Assembly: GCA_951406725.2 (NCBI GenBank)
Contig: OX597818.1
Coordinates: 104,966,001-105,030,000, forward strand
Length of the DNA stretch: 64,000 nt
Direction: 5' to 3'
Origin: Octopus vulgaris
Lineage: Eukaryota
The position numbers were made by a program, and so were the translations under genes. The notes beneath the pieces are model-generated. The model did no database searches. It saw only the letters and a program-made list of their open reading frames with translations, and was not told the DNA's origin. Shown here piece by piece: positions 28,152 to 41,864 of the stretch. The stretch's first letter is position 1. Every line of letters starts with the position of its first letter.

Positions 28152-28765
28152 AGGCGGCGGACAGGCAGAATGGTTAGCACCCCGGGCTAAATGCTGAGCG
28201 GTATTTCGTTACGTTCTAAGTTCAAATTCTGCGGAGGTCGACTTTGCCTTTCATCATTTCGAGGTCGATTAAATAAGTAGCAATTACGCACTGGAGTCGA
28301 TATAATCGATTTAATTCCTTCCCCCATATTTGAAACCTTGTGCTTCCAGTAGAAAGAATTATCAATATTAATATTAAGGCGGTGAGCAGGCAGAATCGTT
28401 AACGCTACATTCTGTGTTCAAATTCCGCCGAGGTCGACTTTGCCTTTCATCCTTTCAGGGTCGATAAATCAAGTACCAGTTGAGTACTGGTGTCGATGTG
28501 ATCGACTCCAGTACCCCCCCCCCACTCTCCACAAAATCCAGGCCTTGTGCCTATAGTAGAAAGGGTTGTTAATACTAATATTAATAAAAGGCAGCGAGCT
28601 GGCAGAATCGTTAGCACGCCGGACAAAATGTTGTGGCATATCGTCCATCTTTACGTTTTGAGTTCAAATTCCACCACGGTCGCTTTTTACCTTTCATCTT
28701 CTCAGGGATCGATAAAATAAGAACCCCGAAACTGCTACCCTTCTGCCAAAATTTGAAACCAATAT
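28152..28765 (+). mobile_element. Three tandem family 1 SINEs separated by AT-rich linkers
   Basis: Heads at about 28152, 28377 and 28589, each preceded by an AATATTAA-containing linker. Confidence 0.82.
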
Positions 28766-28988
28766 TGATGTAAGCTGTTTTAAGTGAAGAATCGGTAAAG
28801 CACCTTATAACATTTTCGTTTCGTTACCGTCTAATTTATATTTCTATTCTAGGGCCCCACTTTATTTTTCATTCTTCTTGATAGATAAAATAAATACCAG
28901 CTTAATGTTAGAGTCCATCTACATCGTCCTTCAAATTGCATATCCCAGAGAAATTGCATGAATTTGCGTAAGAAATTGTTATTAATAG

Positions 28989-29175
28989 GCATAGGAGTGG
29001 CTGTGTGGTAAGTAGAGGCGTAAGAGTGGCTGTGTGGTAAGTAGCTTGCTCATGAACCACATGGTTCCAGGTTCAGTCCCACTGCGTGGCACCTTGGGCA
29101 ACTGTCTTCTATAGCCTCGGGCCGACCAAAGCTTTGTGAGTGGATTTGGTAGACGGAAACTGAAAGAAGCCCGTC

Positions 29176-29230
<55 letters not shown>

Positions 29231-29462
29231 CATGTATGTATCTGTGTGTGTATGTTTGTGTGTCTGTGGTTGCCCCACCCCCCAACATCGCTTGACAACC
29301 GTTGCTGATGTGTTTACGCCCCCGTAACCTAGCGGTTCTGCAAAAGAGAGCGATAGAATAGGTACTAGGCTTACAAAGAATAAGTCCTGGGGGTCGATTT
29401 GCGCGACTAAAGGCGGTGCTCCAGCATGGCCACAGTCACATGAGTGAAACAAGTAAAAGAGT
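28989..29462 (+). mobile_element. SINE family 2 (CORE-like), full length with internal (TA)n(TG)n
   Basis: Head GAGTGGCTGTGTGGTAAG (duplicated), B-box-like GGTTCAGTCCC, ACCTTGGGCAA CORE-like motif and tail GAAACAAGTAAAAGA. Further copies at 40293-40452, 40458-40802 (-), 41000-41352, 42836-43240, 43684-44135 and 54770-55162 (-). Confidence 0.9.
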
Positions 29463-30227
29463 AATATTAGTATTAAGACGGCAAGCTGACAGAATGCTCA
29501 GCAGCATTTCGTCCGTCTTCGCCGTCTGAGTTCAAATTCCGTCCAGATCGACTTTACCTTTCATATTTTCGGAGTCGATAACATAAGTACCAGTTGAGAA
29601 CTGGCCTCGATGTAATCAACTTACAAATCCTCGGAAACTGCTGGCCTTGTGCGAAAATTTGACACCGTTATGATTTTTCACTATTATTAAGTCAGATGAA
29701 TCAATCGTTACAATAGAAACTAAAATATCTTGCTACATCTAGTTACCTCCCTTTCAATTTTGGCTATTTAGTCTGCTAAGAACGACTGACAGTCATATTT
29801 TAAGGGTTGTTCGGAGAGTGGATAGCCCCCAGATCAACGCTTAGCCGACCAATAATCAAAGATACTCCAACTATGACCACCCTTCTTTTGCTATCTGACA
29901 ATGGACACAGAATTATATCTAACAAGTGAATTTTTTAATATTCTATTCAGATAATACGTGATCTGGTGGAGATTTAGTCGCTGTTTCTTGGAGATCGAGC
30001 GAACGTGTAGATGCTCCCTACTTGTCGATCACATAGAAACCAGTTTAATAATTCTTTCTACTATAGGCACATCCACCCCAGTACTCAACTGGTACTTATC
30101 GACACCGAAAGGATTTTAAAAAACCCAGTAGACCTCGGCGGTATTTGAACTTGTAATGCGATGGCAGACGAAATGCCGCTAAGTATTCTGATGGGCGTAC
30201 AAACAACTCTACTAGCTCGTCGCCTTC

Positions 30228-30282
<55 letters not shown>

Positions 30283-31400
30283 TAATAATGAGGAGGAGGA
30301 GGAGGGGGAGGAGGGGGAGGTAGTGGTGGTGGTGGTGGTGGTGGTGGTGGTGGAGGAGGAGGAGGAGGACGAGGAGGTTTCGAATTTTGGCACGAGACGA
30401 GCAAATTCGGGGACAATAACTTTATCCGGAGTGCTCACCAGGTACCTATTTTATCAACCCCGAAAGGATGAAATCAAAGTCGACCTTTTGGTAGATTCTA
30501 AGCATTTTATCGATCCCTAGGAGGATGAAAGGCAAAGGCGACGGCCGTTGAATTTGAACTCAAAACATAAGACTGACGAAATTCCACAACATTCTGTCCG
30601 GTGTGCCAACGATTCCGCAAGCGCGTCGCCTTTTATTAATATTAGTATTAATAATCCTTTCTACTTATAGGCACAATTCTAAGCATTTTGTCCGGCGAGC
30701 TAACGATTCCGCCAGTGCGCCGCCTTAAACCAGTCTAGCAATGAGGTTGACTTAATCCACAGTATTTTTCCCCAAATTGTGTAGCCTGGCACCACTATTA
30801 GCAATCTTGGGGGTGCTGGGTTAGTACAATTACTAGGGCATCAAACAAAATCAGCTTATGTTCTGAAGTCAGACCCCAAGATTTTTTATAAACGTCCGTA
30901 AAGTATATCTCCCCAGTTATAATTATTAACGAATTACAATGGATTTTATTTGTTTGATTTTTCCTTTTTAGGACAGCATGTTCTGTAATAAATGAATAAA
31001 TAAAATTAATCAATTAATTAATTAATAACACTGGTAGTTACAGCAATATTAGCAGATATCACACATTTACCCAGTTAACTATTGCTAAAAAGAGTTTGGT
31101 CGGTTATCTCCCTTGAATGTACCTTGCCCAGTAAAGTTGGCCAAATCCGCTGAATTTTGTTGTAAGTTATCACCTTTCTTTTTGTTTCTTATGTTCATAA
31201 TGTTGAACTGAATATTTAGGTACGTAACTTTGCCACAGTATTTACTTTGTTGTAGAAGCAAAAGTCAACAGAATAATCTTGTATCATCAGGTTTTCTTTC
31301 AGAAACTATGAAATCAATTAAGGGTTATCTCCCTTGAAATTTAGAGAATTATCTCCCTTCTATTAGTGACCGAAGAAACAAATTAAAAGTAGAAATTTAT

Positions 31401-31406
31401 TTTATT
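31401..31406 (-). terminator. Candidate polyadenylation signal AATAAA of the SUV3 copy
   Basis: AATAAA on the minus strand about 40 nt past the terminal stop. AT-rich context makes a chance match possible. Confidence 0.35.
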
Positions 31407-31444
31407 GTTTTAAACTATGAAAAAGCCTTTTTAATTAATTGTCA

Positions 31445-31922
31445 TTATTTTTTCTTCTTTTTACGATAGTCAGCTTCTAACGACCATTCTTCTTGAAGCT
31501 TACGAAGCACTTTTGGCGTCAAGAAACCTTTCTTCAATAGATATGCAGTGAGTTTACCTTGGCCTGGCTCTAACCTCCCAACACTCTGGAGGTTTTTGGC
31601 ATTTACATAAGAGTCTGTGAGCGTTTTCTTATTACTAGTGATACTTTTATTGTATTCACCATAATCCTCCAACAATTCTGGAGAGAAATCATCCAAATCT
31701 CCCTCGTTCGTTTCAGCGAGAGAAGTCTTCAAAGATCTTTTCAGCCGACTGCGCATATCAAAGTCTTCATCGTCGTCAATAACATTGACTCCAGTTGTGT
31801 GTTGCTTGCTGGACTTGAGCAAACTGGTGATGTTAAATACACCGACTTAAATGATAGAGTCGAGTTCGTGTTGCATGTAGCGCACTTGTTCAACATCTGG
31901 AAACATATCTGGGAAGCAGTAA
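31445..31922 (-). pseudogene. SUPV3L1: SUV3 last coding exon with in-frame TAA
   Basis: ttttgcAG acceptor. Reads [40 protein letters not shown]...LLKKGFLTPKVLRKLQEEWSLEADYRKKKKK*. Track ORFs 31847..32533 and 31445..31822 are the same frame split by TAA at 31849-31847, where the homologue has Gln. Confidence 0.92.
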
Positions 31923-31995
31923 CTGCAAAATGAAAAATAAACCAAACATAACAAAGATATATAATAGATATCCAAAATACAAAATATATCAACAT

Positions 31996-31997
<2 letters not shown>

Positions 31998-32072
<75 letters not shown>

Positions 32073-32090
32073 AAATGCATATATACATAC

Positions 32091-32121
<31 letters not shown>

Positions 32122-32227
32122 CATACATACATATATATATATATATGTATATATACATACATATATATATATGCATATATACATACATACATATATATAC
32201 ATATATGTATATATACATACATATATA

Positions 32228-32264
<37 letters not shown>

Positions 32265-32462
32265 GTATACATACATATATATATATATGTATGTGTATAT
32301 ATATATATATATGTGTGTGTGTGTATACATACATACATATATATATATATGTATGTATACATACATATACATATATTAGAAGGTTTGGAGCTGATGTACA
32401 GGTATCTTATATTAGAAAAAATGAATAAATTCATATGGTTTTTATATTTACAGATATTTATG

Positions 32463-32531
<69 letters not shown>

Positions 32532-32565
32532 ATGTATATATGTAAGTATGTATGTATGTATATAT
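31998..32565. repeat. Intronic (TA)n/(TACA)n microsatellite block; a second block at 33850-34308
   Basis: Directly visible within the last SUV3 intron. Confidence 0.96.
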
Positions 32566-33883
32566 AATAATAATAGTAGGGAATATAATTCCAAAACTTA
32601 CAGGGAAAAATTCAATTTAACAATTTTAAATCAAATTTCACAATATATAATATATGTATATAATTTAAAGCAAAACCTCTATTAAATACTTCAATAATGA
32701 AAGATGTTATTCACACCATATAGAAAACATATACTATAAAAACCTTATTCTAAAAATTAATAAAGTACAAAAAATAGTAAATAGTAGTAAAAAGACTATG
32801 CACGTTTTGTGGCTATATTTTCAAATAGATAACAATAATAAAATCAAAGGTAGTACTGGGGTGGGGAGATGCCATGAACTAAATTCAAATTTTCATATAT
32901 ATATATATATATGAGGAGTGCACAGTAATCTTTCTGGCTGGGGATGCAATGACCAAAATTTTCTGTCACATATATATTTAAATCAAATTGACATGTTCAT
33001 ATTATACAGCTATTTTTAAAATAAAAAAAAATCACATTTTATATTAAGGGTGTTCTATAATTTGAAAAAGTATAAAAATATTAGTTGAATACATGCAGAA
33101 AACTATGTGTGTGTTTTCTTGTCACCATTTTTCTGATGGAAGCAGAATGTCAACTTGCTTCCCTTTTCCTATGTTACATAACAATGCAAGATCATATATA
33201 GATCATAGGTATTGTGAATTGACAGGAACTTAATCTAAGCGTATAAGTATTTATTAGCATCTAAAACTATTCGCTATCAGCTCTTACTAGAAAAAAATTG
33301 TCTTTGTGGGATTTTTATTGGGAAAAATGTTAAAATTTCGTTTTTGGATTTGGTTTGCAAGATTCTTTATATGAGTTCGTGTGTTGAAGCATATTCTGTT
33401 GTGTCTGGGGAGAGTCAATTTCTTTTTGTGCCTTATAATGTAACACACCGGTAAAATTTCCACTTTTTTCTTATTTTTATTTTCCTAGCAACGAAAATTT
33501 TAGGAAAATAAAAATAAGAAAAAAGTGGAAATTTTACCGCTGAGGCACAAAAAGAAAATGACTCTCCCCAGACACAATAGAAAATGTTAAAATATTACAC
33601 TAAGAAGTAAGCAACAGTTCGTGTTGCTTCCCTTGCACAGATTTTTTGTTATCTGCCACTGCTTGTCCATCTCATGCTAATTCCAACAATAAAAGTCCGA
33701 AGCCTATCATGTCATATAGTTTATAATTAATTTTACAGAACATTAGAAGAACAATCTTATGAAAAATAAGTAATATAGTCTCAATTTTATTTCTATAATT
33801 TTTAAGGGAAGCATTGCTTTCCTTGTTTCCATGGATCACAGGCCTATGATATACATATGTGTATGCATGTATGTGTGTATATA

Positions 33884-33920
<37 letters not shown>

Positions 33921-33921
33921 G

Positions 33922-33976
<55 letters not shown>

Positions 33977-34064
33977 GTATGTATATATATATATATGTAT
34001 GTATGTATACATATATATATATGTATGTATGTATGTATATATATATATATGTATGTATGTATAC

Positions 34065-34128
<64 letters not shown>

Positions 34129-34156
34129 TGTATGTATATATATATATATGTATATG

Positions 34157-34213
<57 letters not shown>

Positions 34214-34253
34214 GTATGTATATATATATATATGTATTATATATATATATATG

Positions 34254-34312
<59 letters not shown>

Positions 34313-34394
34313 GAAATATTAAAATTTCTAAGTCTCTCTAAAGGAGATTATGGCAGCGTTACTGGATATTAATAGTTATCGCCAAGCTAATATG

Positions 34395-34723
34395 GTAGTC
34401 TATAAATATAAGACTAAAGCTGCCGCTGATTAGCTCCAAGAGGCCATCGCCTCTAGCGAGCTATATGACACACGAACCTGCGTCCATTATAACCTTCGAA
34501 CAGGGGAGGTCAGCCACTTCCCCTTGCTGGTCAGACATCTGCAGCTATGTTTCAGGGTAGTTGCCCTTTATCAATGCAGATGTCTGACCAGCAAGGGGAA
34601 GCGGCTGACCTCCCCTGTTCGAAGGTTATAATGGACGCAGGTTCATGTGTCATATAGCTAGCTAGAGGCGATGGCCTCTTGGAGCTAATCAGTGGCAGCT
34701 TTAGTCTTATATTTATAGACTAC
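34395..34723. repeat. Near-perfect palindrome with 149-bp arms and 31-nt spacer
   Basis: 34395-34543 is the reverse complement of 34575-34723 with only a few mismatches. Confidence 0.93.
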
Positions 34724-35260
34724 GAGGCTCTGGCAGGGGGTGGTGGTGACCCCTGTTGTACTCTTTCGCCACAACTTTCTCTCACTCTCTCTTCCTGTCT
34801 CTTCAGTAACACTGTGATGGACTGGTGTCCCGTTCAGCTGGGGGGAACACATATGCCACAGAAACCAGGAAACCGGGCCCATGAGCCTGACTAGGCTTGA
34901 AAAGGGCGACATTTATCGTTTTATATACATATATATATGTACATATATATACAGGCACGCACACATACACATACATAAGGGTAAGCATATTAAAAGGGGT
35001 CCAAGGGAAAACTCATTTCAATAAAAGGGTAGGAAACCACTGACATAGACACAATAATTATCCAATTTATCCTTTATTTAAGAGTGTAATGTGATTTGAG
35101 GAACATTTAACAACCATTTCTTGAAAGTTCAAGTGATCATATTGAAGGTGAAAGATGGCACAAAAGGCTTCAGGTGCACTAAATAAAACAGAGCAAAGTT
35201 CAAGCAGGTTAATCACACAAGCAGACACACTAAAGGTAGAAAATGTGGTAGTGTACTTAC

Positions 35261-35409
35261 CTAAGCCAGAGATAAAGATCGAGCATATCAAAGACTCCTT
35301 CATGATGGACGAGGTCTGACAGAAGTTTCGGAGGTTTGAATGGCCAGTCAATTTGCTTACAAAGCCAGTCAAATGTCAAAGGTTCATTCGAGCTAAACCG
35401 TCAAGCAAA
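35261..35409 (-). pseudogene. SUPV3L1: SUV3 penultimate exon (149 nt) with in-frame TGA
   Basis: ttaacAG acceptor and GTAAGT donor. Reads [48 protein letters not shown](S). TGA at 35403-35401 sits where the homologue has Arg. Confidence 0.93.
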
Positions 35410-37826
35410 CTGTTAAGAATTACAGGGAACAGAAAAATAAATTAAAAGTGAAAAAAAAAAAAACATATACAGCAAGATTTATTAATCCTTCAGCATTCGG
35501 AATTACCCTGTCAAATGTAAAGCTTATTTCATCAACATCATCATCATCGTTTAAAAAGCACCCACTACACTCTCGGAGTGGTTGGCATTAGGAAGGACAT
35601 CCAGTTGTAGAAACACTGCCAAGTCAGACTGGAGCCTGGTGCAGCTTCCTGGCTTCCCAGAACCCAGTTGAACCATCCAACCCATGCCAGCATGGAAAAC
35701 GGACACATTAAACAATGATGATGATGATGATGATATAAATATATGTGTGTGTGTGTGTGTGTATTACAGGATGACAATATTAAGTTGTGGTGTGTATAAA
35801 CACAAATTTGTTACAAGTTCAAAATAGGCTTGAAGCATATTCAGACCTGTAAGAAAGCTATTCACTGTGTTAGAGAAAATTTCTAGCTGAAGACAGATAG
35901 GTGTAAATACATCAAGTCAGCCCACAGCAACACCTAACCAGGCTGTGAGCTGACTTCATGTATTTTCACTTGTTTTTCTTCAGCAAGAAATTCTCTCCTT
36001 ACAAAACATAGTGCATGGCTTTCTTACATGTTCAAATATGCTTCAAATACCTATTTCTTTATTGCCCACAAGGGGCTAAACATAGAGGGGACAAACAAGG
36101 ACAGACAAAGGGATTAAGTCGATTACATCGACCCCAGTGCGAAACTGGTACTTTATTTATCGACCCCGAAAGGATGGTAGGCAAAGTCGACCTTGGCGGA
36201 TTTGAACTCAGAACGTAACAGCAGACGAAATACGGCTACGCATTTCGCCTGGCGTGCTAACATTTCTGCCAGCTCGCCGCCTTTATGCCCCAAATATATA
36301 AGGTAGCAAGTTTGTGTGTGTGTGTGTGTCTGTGTCTGTGTCTGTGTGCGTGTGCGTGTGTGTGTAGGTGCAAGCATGGTTGTGTGATAAGAAGCTTGCT
36401 TCCCAACCACATGGCTCAAGGGTCAGTCCCACAGCATAACACTGTGGGAAAATGTCTTCTACTGTAGCCTTGAAGAAGCCCGTCATGTCATCATCATCAT
36501 GTGTGTGTGTATGAGTGTGTGTGTGGTGTGTGTGTGTGTGTGTGTGTGTGCATTTGTTCCCCCACACACTGCTTGACAACCTGTGCTGGTTTGTTTACAA
36601 CCCTGAAACATAATAGTGTGGCAAAAGATACAGACAAAACAATTACCAAACTTAAAAAGCAAAATATATGCAGCTTCTTTGACTCAAAACCTTTTGAGGC
36701 AGTACTCCAGCATGGCCACAGCCCAGTGACTGAAACAAGCAAAAGACAGTAGCCACATACATAAAGAGAGCGAAGGCTAGGGTGTTTAGTTCAAGATCAG
36801 GTCAGAAGTCTGGAAACTGATGGCACATTGCATCCTTGAGCAAGACCCTTTATTTCACATTGCTTTAGTTCACTAAACTGGCAAAAAGGAGATGGTGGAG
36901 GCACATGGCCTAGTGGTTAGAGGGATCGTGGGTTCGAATCTGAGTCCGGGCAATGTTTGTGTATTTGAGCGAAACACCTAAACTCCACGCGGCTCTGGCA
37001 GAAGGTAATGGCGAACTTCTGCTGACTCTTTCACCACAACTTTCTCTCACTCTTTCCTCCTGCATCTTGCAGCTCACCTATGACAGACCGGCGTCCCGTC
37101 CAGGTGGGGAACCTATATGCCAAGGAAACCAAGAAACCGGCCCTTATGAGCCAGGCATGGCTCGAGAAGGAACTAACGAAAAAGAGATGTACCAGTAATT
37201 CAATGAGTCAGTCTTGTCACATTCTGTGTCATGCTGAATTTCTATGAGAACAAAGTTAAGGATACCTATGTCTGTGGAATACTCAGCCACTTGCACATTA
37301 ATTTCACGAGCAGGCTGTCCCATCGATTGGATCAGCTTGGAACCCTTGTCATCGGAACCGACGGACTGGCAGCTACTTAAAGAAACGGTTCGGTTATTGT
37401 TTCTAATTTCATCATCATCATCATCGTCTTTTAACGTCTGCTTTCCATGCTAGCATGGGTTGGACGGTTTGACCGTGGGCTGGTGAACCAGATGGCTGCA
37501 CCAGGCTCCAGTCAGGCGGTACTGGCAACGACCTTGCTCAAATCTTTTACACATGCCACCGGCACAGATGCCAGTAAGGCGATGCTGGTAACAATCCCGC
37601 TCAAATGGTGCCTCCTACATGCCACCGGCACAGAAGCCAGTTAGCCGCTCTGGCAACAATTACGCTCAGATGGTGCTCTTAGCACCCTACTACCACGGGG
37701 CACAAGTGCCAGTAAGGCGATGCTGGTAACAATCCCACTCGAATGGTGCCTCCTACATGCCACCAGCACGGAAGTCAATTAGCCGATTTTTTTCAATTCT
37801 TTGAATTAGCATATGAGTTGACTAAC

Positions 37827-38006
37827 CTTGAGAAAACCAGTGCAGACAAACGGTTGCTTTTTGGGAATTGGTGAACAGCAAAAGACATAGCGGACCCTCA
37901 GCGACAAAGGAACATGTTCTATCATGGCGGCCAGAAATTTAAAGTCGTCAATGTTACACATGAAATATAGGTTGCTGTCCAGTTGTGACAGAGTCACAAA
38001 GATGTC
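37827..38006 (-). pseudogene. SUPV3L1: SUV3 C-terminal-domain exon (180 nt, intact)
   Basis: tttgcAG acceptor and GTTAGT donor, phase 0/0. Reads [60 protein letters not shown]. Confidence 0.93.
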
Positions 38007-38203
38007 CTGCAAATAGAGAAAGAAATCATAATAATATTAGGTTACTCAACAACAGTTTGTTAATATTTACGTAGAGCAAGGTGGCCAACAAGCAGAATGG
38101 TAAGCAAAATTTTTACTGGCATTTCATGCATAGACTGGTTTCATACAAGACAATTTTTCCACAGACCAGGGGATCACATGCATAACAAAACACAGTAAAG
38201 TAC

Positions 38204-38252
<49 letters not shown>

Positions 38253-38281
38253 TAATAATAAATCTTCTTCTTCTTCATCAT

Positions 38282-38316
<35 letters not shown>

Positions 38317-39389
38317 ACAACAACAACAACAACAGCATCTGTTGTCCATGGTGGCATGGGTTGGACGGTTTGACCAAGGCTGGTAAGCAGAGTGGCTGCT
38401 CCAGACTCCAGTCTGATTTGGCATGGTTTCTACAGCCGGATGCCCTTCCTAACGCCAACCACTCCAAGAGTGTAATGGGTACTTTTACATGCCACTGGCA
38501 CGAGTGCCAGTTGCTTGATGCCAGTATCTGCCACAACTATGATTATTACATACATAATACACATATATTGGTTTCAAATTTTGAAACAAGGCCAGCAAGT
38601 TCAGGGGAGCAGGGATAGGTTGATCACATTGATCCCAGTGCTCAAATGGCACTTATTCTATCAACCTTAAAAGAATGACAGGCAAAATCCACTTTGGTAG
38701 AATTTGAACTCACGAAATGCTACTAAGCATTTTGCCCAGTGTGCTAACAATTCTGCCAGCTTGCCAACATATATAATATATAGAAGGCGGAGAGCTGGCA
38801 GAAACACTAGCATGCCGGGTGAAATGCTTAGCAGTATTTCGTCTGCCATTACGTTCTGAGTTCAAATTCCGCCAAGGTCGACTTTGCCTTTCATCCTTTC
38901 GGGGGTCGATAAATTAAGTACCAGTTACACACGGGGGTCGATGTAATCGACTTAATCCGTTTGTCCTTGTTTGTCCCCTCTATGTTTAGCCCCTTGTGGA
39001 TAATAAAGAAATAAGAATCATTAGCACGCTGGGAGAAATTCTTTGTGGTATTTCATCTGTCTTTACGTTCTGAGTTCAAATTCCTCTGGCCCCTTCCCCA
39101 AAAATTTCAGGTTTTGTGCCTAGAGTAGAAAAGAATATATATAATGCAAAAGACACTTCACAAACTGTGATAGTCAGTGGAACAGAAATAAAATTTTAAA
39201 ATTTATTCTTTCTGAGCAGCCTGGGACCAAATGGTCTGTGGCCCATTGGTTGAGGGCTTCTGGACTATAACATTCTAACTGCATTTCAAAGGAGGTGTAA
39301 TTAAAGCATTAAAGTAAAGTTGAATACTAATACCAAGAAGCAGAGACAGGGGCTGATAGTCATCATCATCATCATTATTATCATCACCC

Positions 39390-39722
39390 TGCTTGCGAAG
39401 ACCTGTTGAGGCAAGTGAAATCGAAATCGATCAAAAATCAATGGAAATTGCAGTTGTGATCCCAGTGCCGGTGGCACATAAAAGAACCATCCGAACATGG
39501 TTGTTGCTAGCGCCAACCCGACTGGCCTCCGTGCCGGTGACACGTAAAAAGCACCCACTACACTCACAAAGTGGTTGGCGTTAGGAAGGGCATCCAGTTT
39601 TAGAAACACTGCCAGATCAGACTGGGCCTGGTGCAGCCTCCTGGCTTCCCAGACCCCATTCAAACCGTCCAACCCATGCTAGCATGGAAAGCAGACGTTA
39701 AACGATGATGATCATCATCATC
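39390..39722 (+). mobile_element. RTE-tailed SINE-like family 4
   Basis: GGTTGGCGTTAGGAAGGGCATCCAG...CCAACCCATGCTAGCATGGAAAGCAGACGTTAAACG(ATG)n. Copies at 35554-35732, 37409-37790 (-), 38340-38500 (-), 44507-44680 (-), 53160-53455, 54397-54565 (-) and 55203-55515 (-). Confidence 0.8.
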
Positions 39723-41615
39723 ATCAACATCATCATCATTCTAATGTCTATTTTCTCAAGCTCACATGGGTCAGACAGCATTTTCTTCTATGGCCAAATG
39801 CCTTTCCTGTCACTAACCCTCACCTGTTTCTAAATAGAGCAATATTTCTCCATGACCAGACATGTTTTCATGGAAGATTGAAAATGCAGGACACCATTTG
39901 CATGATGGTGACACTCCCTCACAACGTTAAGGCAAGGCAACAGTTTTACACACATAAACACACACATATATGATGGGCTTCATTCAATTTCCATCTTCTA
40001 AATCCACTCACAAGGCTTTGATCAGTGCAAGTCTACGGTAGAAGACATTTGCCTAAGTTGCCACACAGTGGAAATGAACCCAACCATGTGGTTGGATAAC
40101 AAACTTCAACCCATATCTGCATCTGAAGAGTGAATAAAGCCCAAACTGTATCAAACCAGTCCCTCTTTTTCAGCCCATAAAGTGATTTTTAAAAAGAGTT
40201 ATTTGTTTACATTTGTCCATGCACATGTCTTCATACAATGGTGGTAGCAAAAATTGGTATTGTTATCATTAAGTTACTATATAAATGTAAGTGCAGGCAT
40301 GGCTGTGCAGTAAGAAGCTTGATTCCCAACCACATGGTTCTGGGTTCAATCCCACTGCGTGACACCTTGGGCAAGCGTCTTCTACTATAGCCTCGGGCCG
40401 ACTGAAGCCTTATGAGTGGATTTCGTAAACAGAAACTGGAAGAAGCCCATCATATTACTCTTTACTCTTTTACTTGTTTCAGTCATTTGACTGCGGCCAT
40501 GCTGGAGCACCGCCTTTAGTCGAGCAAATCGACCCAAGGACTTAATCTTTGTAAGCCCAGTACTTATTCTATCGGTCTCTTTTGTTGAACCGCTAAGTGA
40601 CGGGGACGTAAACACACCAGCATCGGTTGTCAAGCAATGCTAGGGGGACAAACACAGACACACACACACATGCACATATATACGACAAGCTTCTTCCAGG
40701 CTATAGTAGAAGACACTTGCCCAAGGTGCCACGCAGTGGGAATGAACCCAAAAACATGTGGTTGGTAAGCAAGCTACTTACCATACAGCCACTCCTGTGC
40801 CTATTAAAATATAATTTTTAGGTAAAAAAAGATTGGGATGGGAATCATATTATGTTTGAGATCACATTGTATTGGAATAAATATCATATATTTGTCAATT
40901 TTAAAAATTACTTTGTTACAGTTTACAGTAATCAGATGGTGACCGTTTTGGACACCATTTCATTCTGTACACTCTGTGTGGGGTTTCTGCAATGGAACAG
41001 GTGTGGCTGTGCAGTAGGAAGTTTGCTTCCAAACCTCATTGTTCAGGGTTCACTCCCACTGTGTGGCACCCTTGGCAAGTGCCCTCTACTACAGCCTCAG
41101 GCCAACCAAAGCCTTGTGAGTGGATTTGGTACACGGAAACCGAAAGAAGCCCATCTTGTGTGCGTGTGTGTGTCTTTGTGTTTGTCCCCCACTGATGCTT
41201 GAAAACTAGCGATTCAGTGAGACTAATAGAATAACAGAATAAGTACCCAACTTTTAAAAAAATAAGTTTTGGGGTCAAATTGTCCAACTAAAATTCCTCA
41301 AGGCAGTGCCCCAGCATAGCTGCAGTCTAATGACTGAAACAAGTAAAGGATAAAATCAAAGCCTGCACATACACACACCAACACCAACACACACTCACCA
41401 ACACCAACATACACACAAACCACCACCACCAACACATATACACACTACAACCAACACACACATCCACACACCACCACCAACACACACATACACACACCAC
41501 CACTAACACACACACCAACACACACACACCAACACACACATCCACACACCACCACCAACACACACCAATGCACACACATACCAACACACACACATATACA
41601 GAATGAAATACTTAC

Positions 41616-41727
41616 ATAACATATTAATATTCGTCATTTCAATAGTAGAGGCCACATGCTCAGAAGAAGTCTCATCTTCATTAGCGAATCATCGTTCCTC
41701 ACCAGTCACAAGATCACAAGGCGTTCC
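41616..41727 (-). pseudogene. SUPV3L1: SUV3 internal exon (112 nt, RecA1 domain) with in-frame TGA
   Basis: ttgttAG acceptor and GTAAGT donor. Reads GTPCDLVTGEER*FANEDETSSEHVASTIEMTNINML, similar to human GVPCDLVTGEER...HVSCTVEM. TGA at 41691-41689. Confidence 0.9.
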
Positions 41728-41864
41728 CTAACAAGAAAAAAAAACATTTAGATAAACCAGAACAGATCAAATAAGAACAATAAGGGCTAAACTCAATCAA
41801 TTACTTGTACTCTCCAGTCTAGAAAGGTTTGTAAATGCTATGGGCATAACCCCATCTTGCTTAA

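Noticed and set aside
30096-30520. Poly-P/Y/N/E ORFs
   Set aside because: A compound (AAT)(GAG)(GGT) microsatellite lying between SINE fragments.
31741-32334. Alternative reading frame of the last SUV3 exon ([10 protein letters not shown]...)
   Set aside because: Upstream exon phase and SUV3 homology support the YCFPDMFPD frame.
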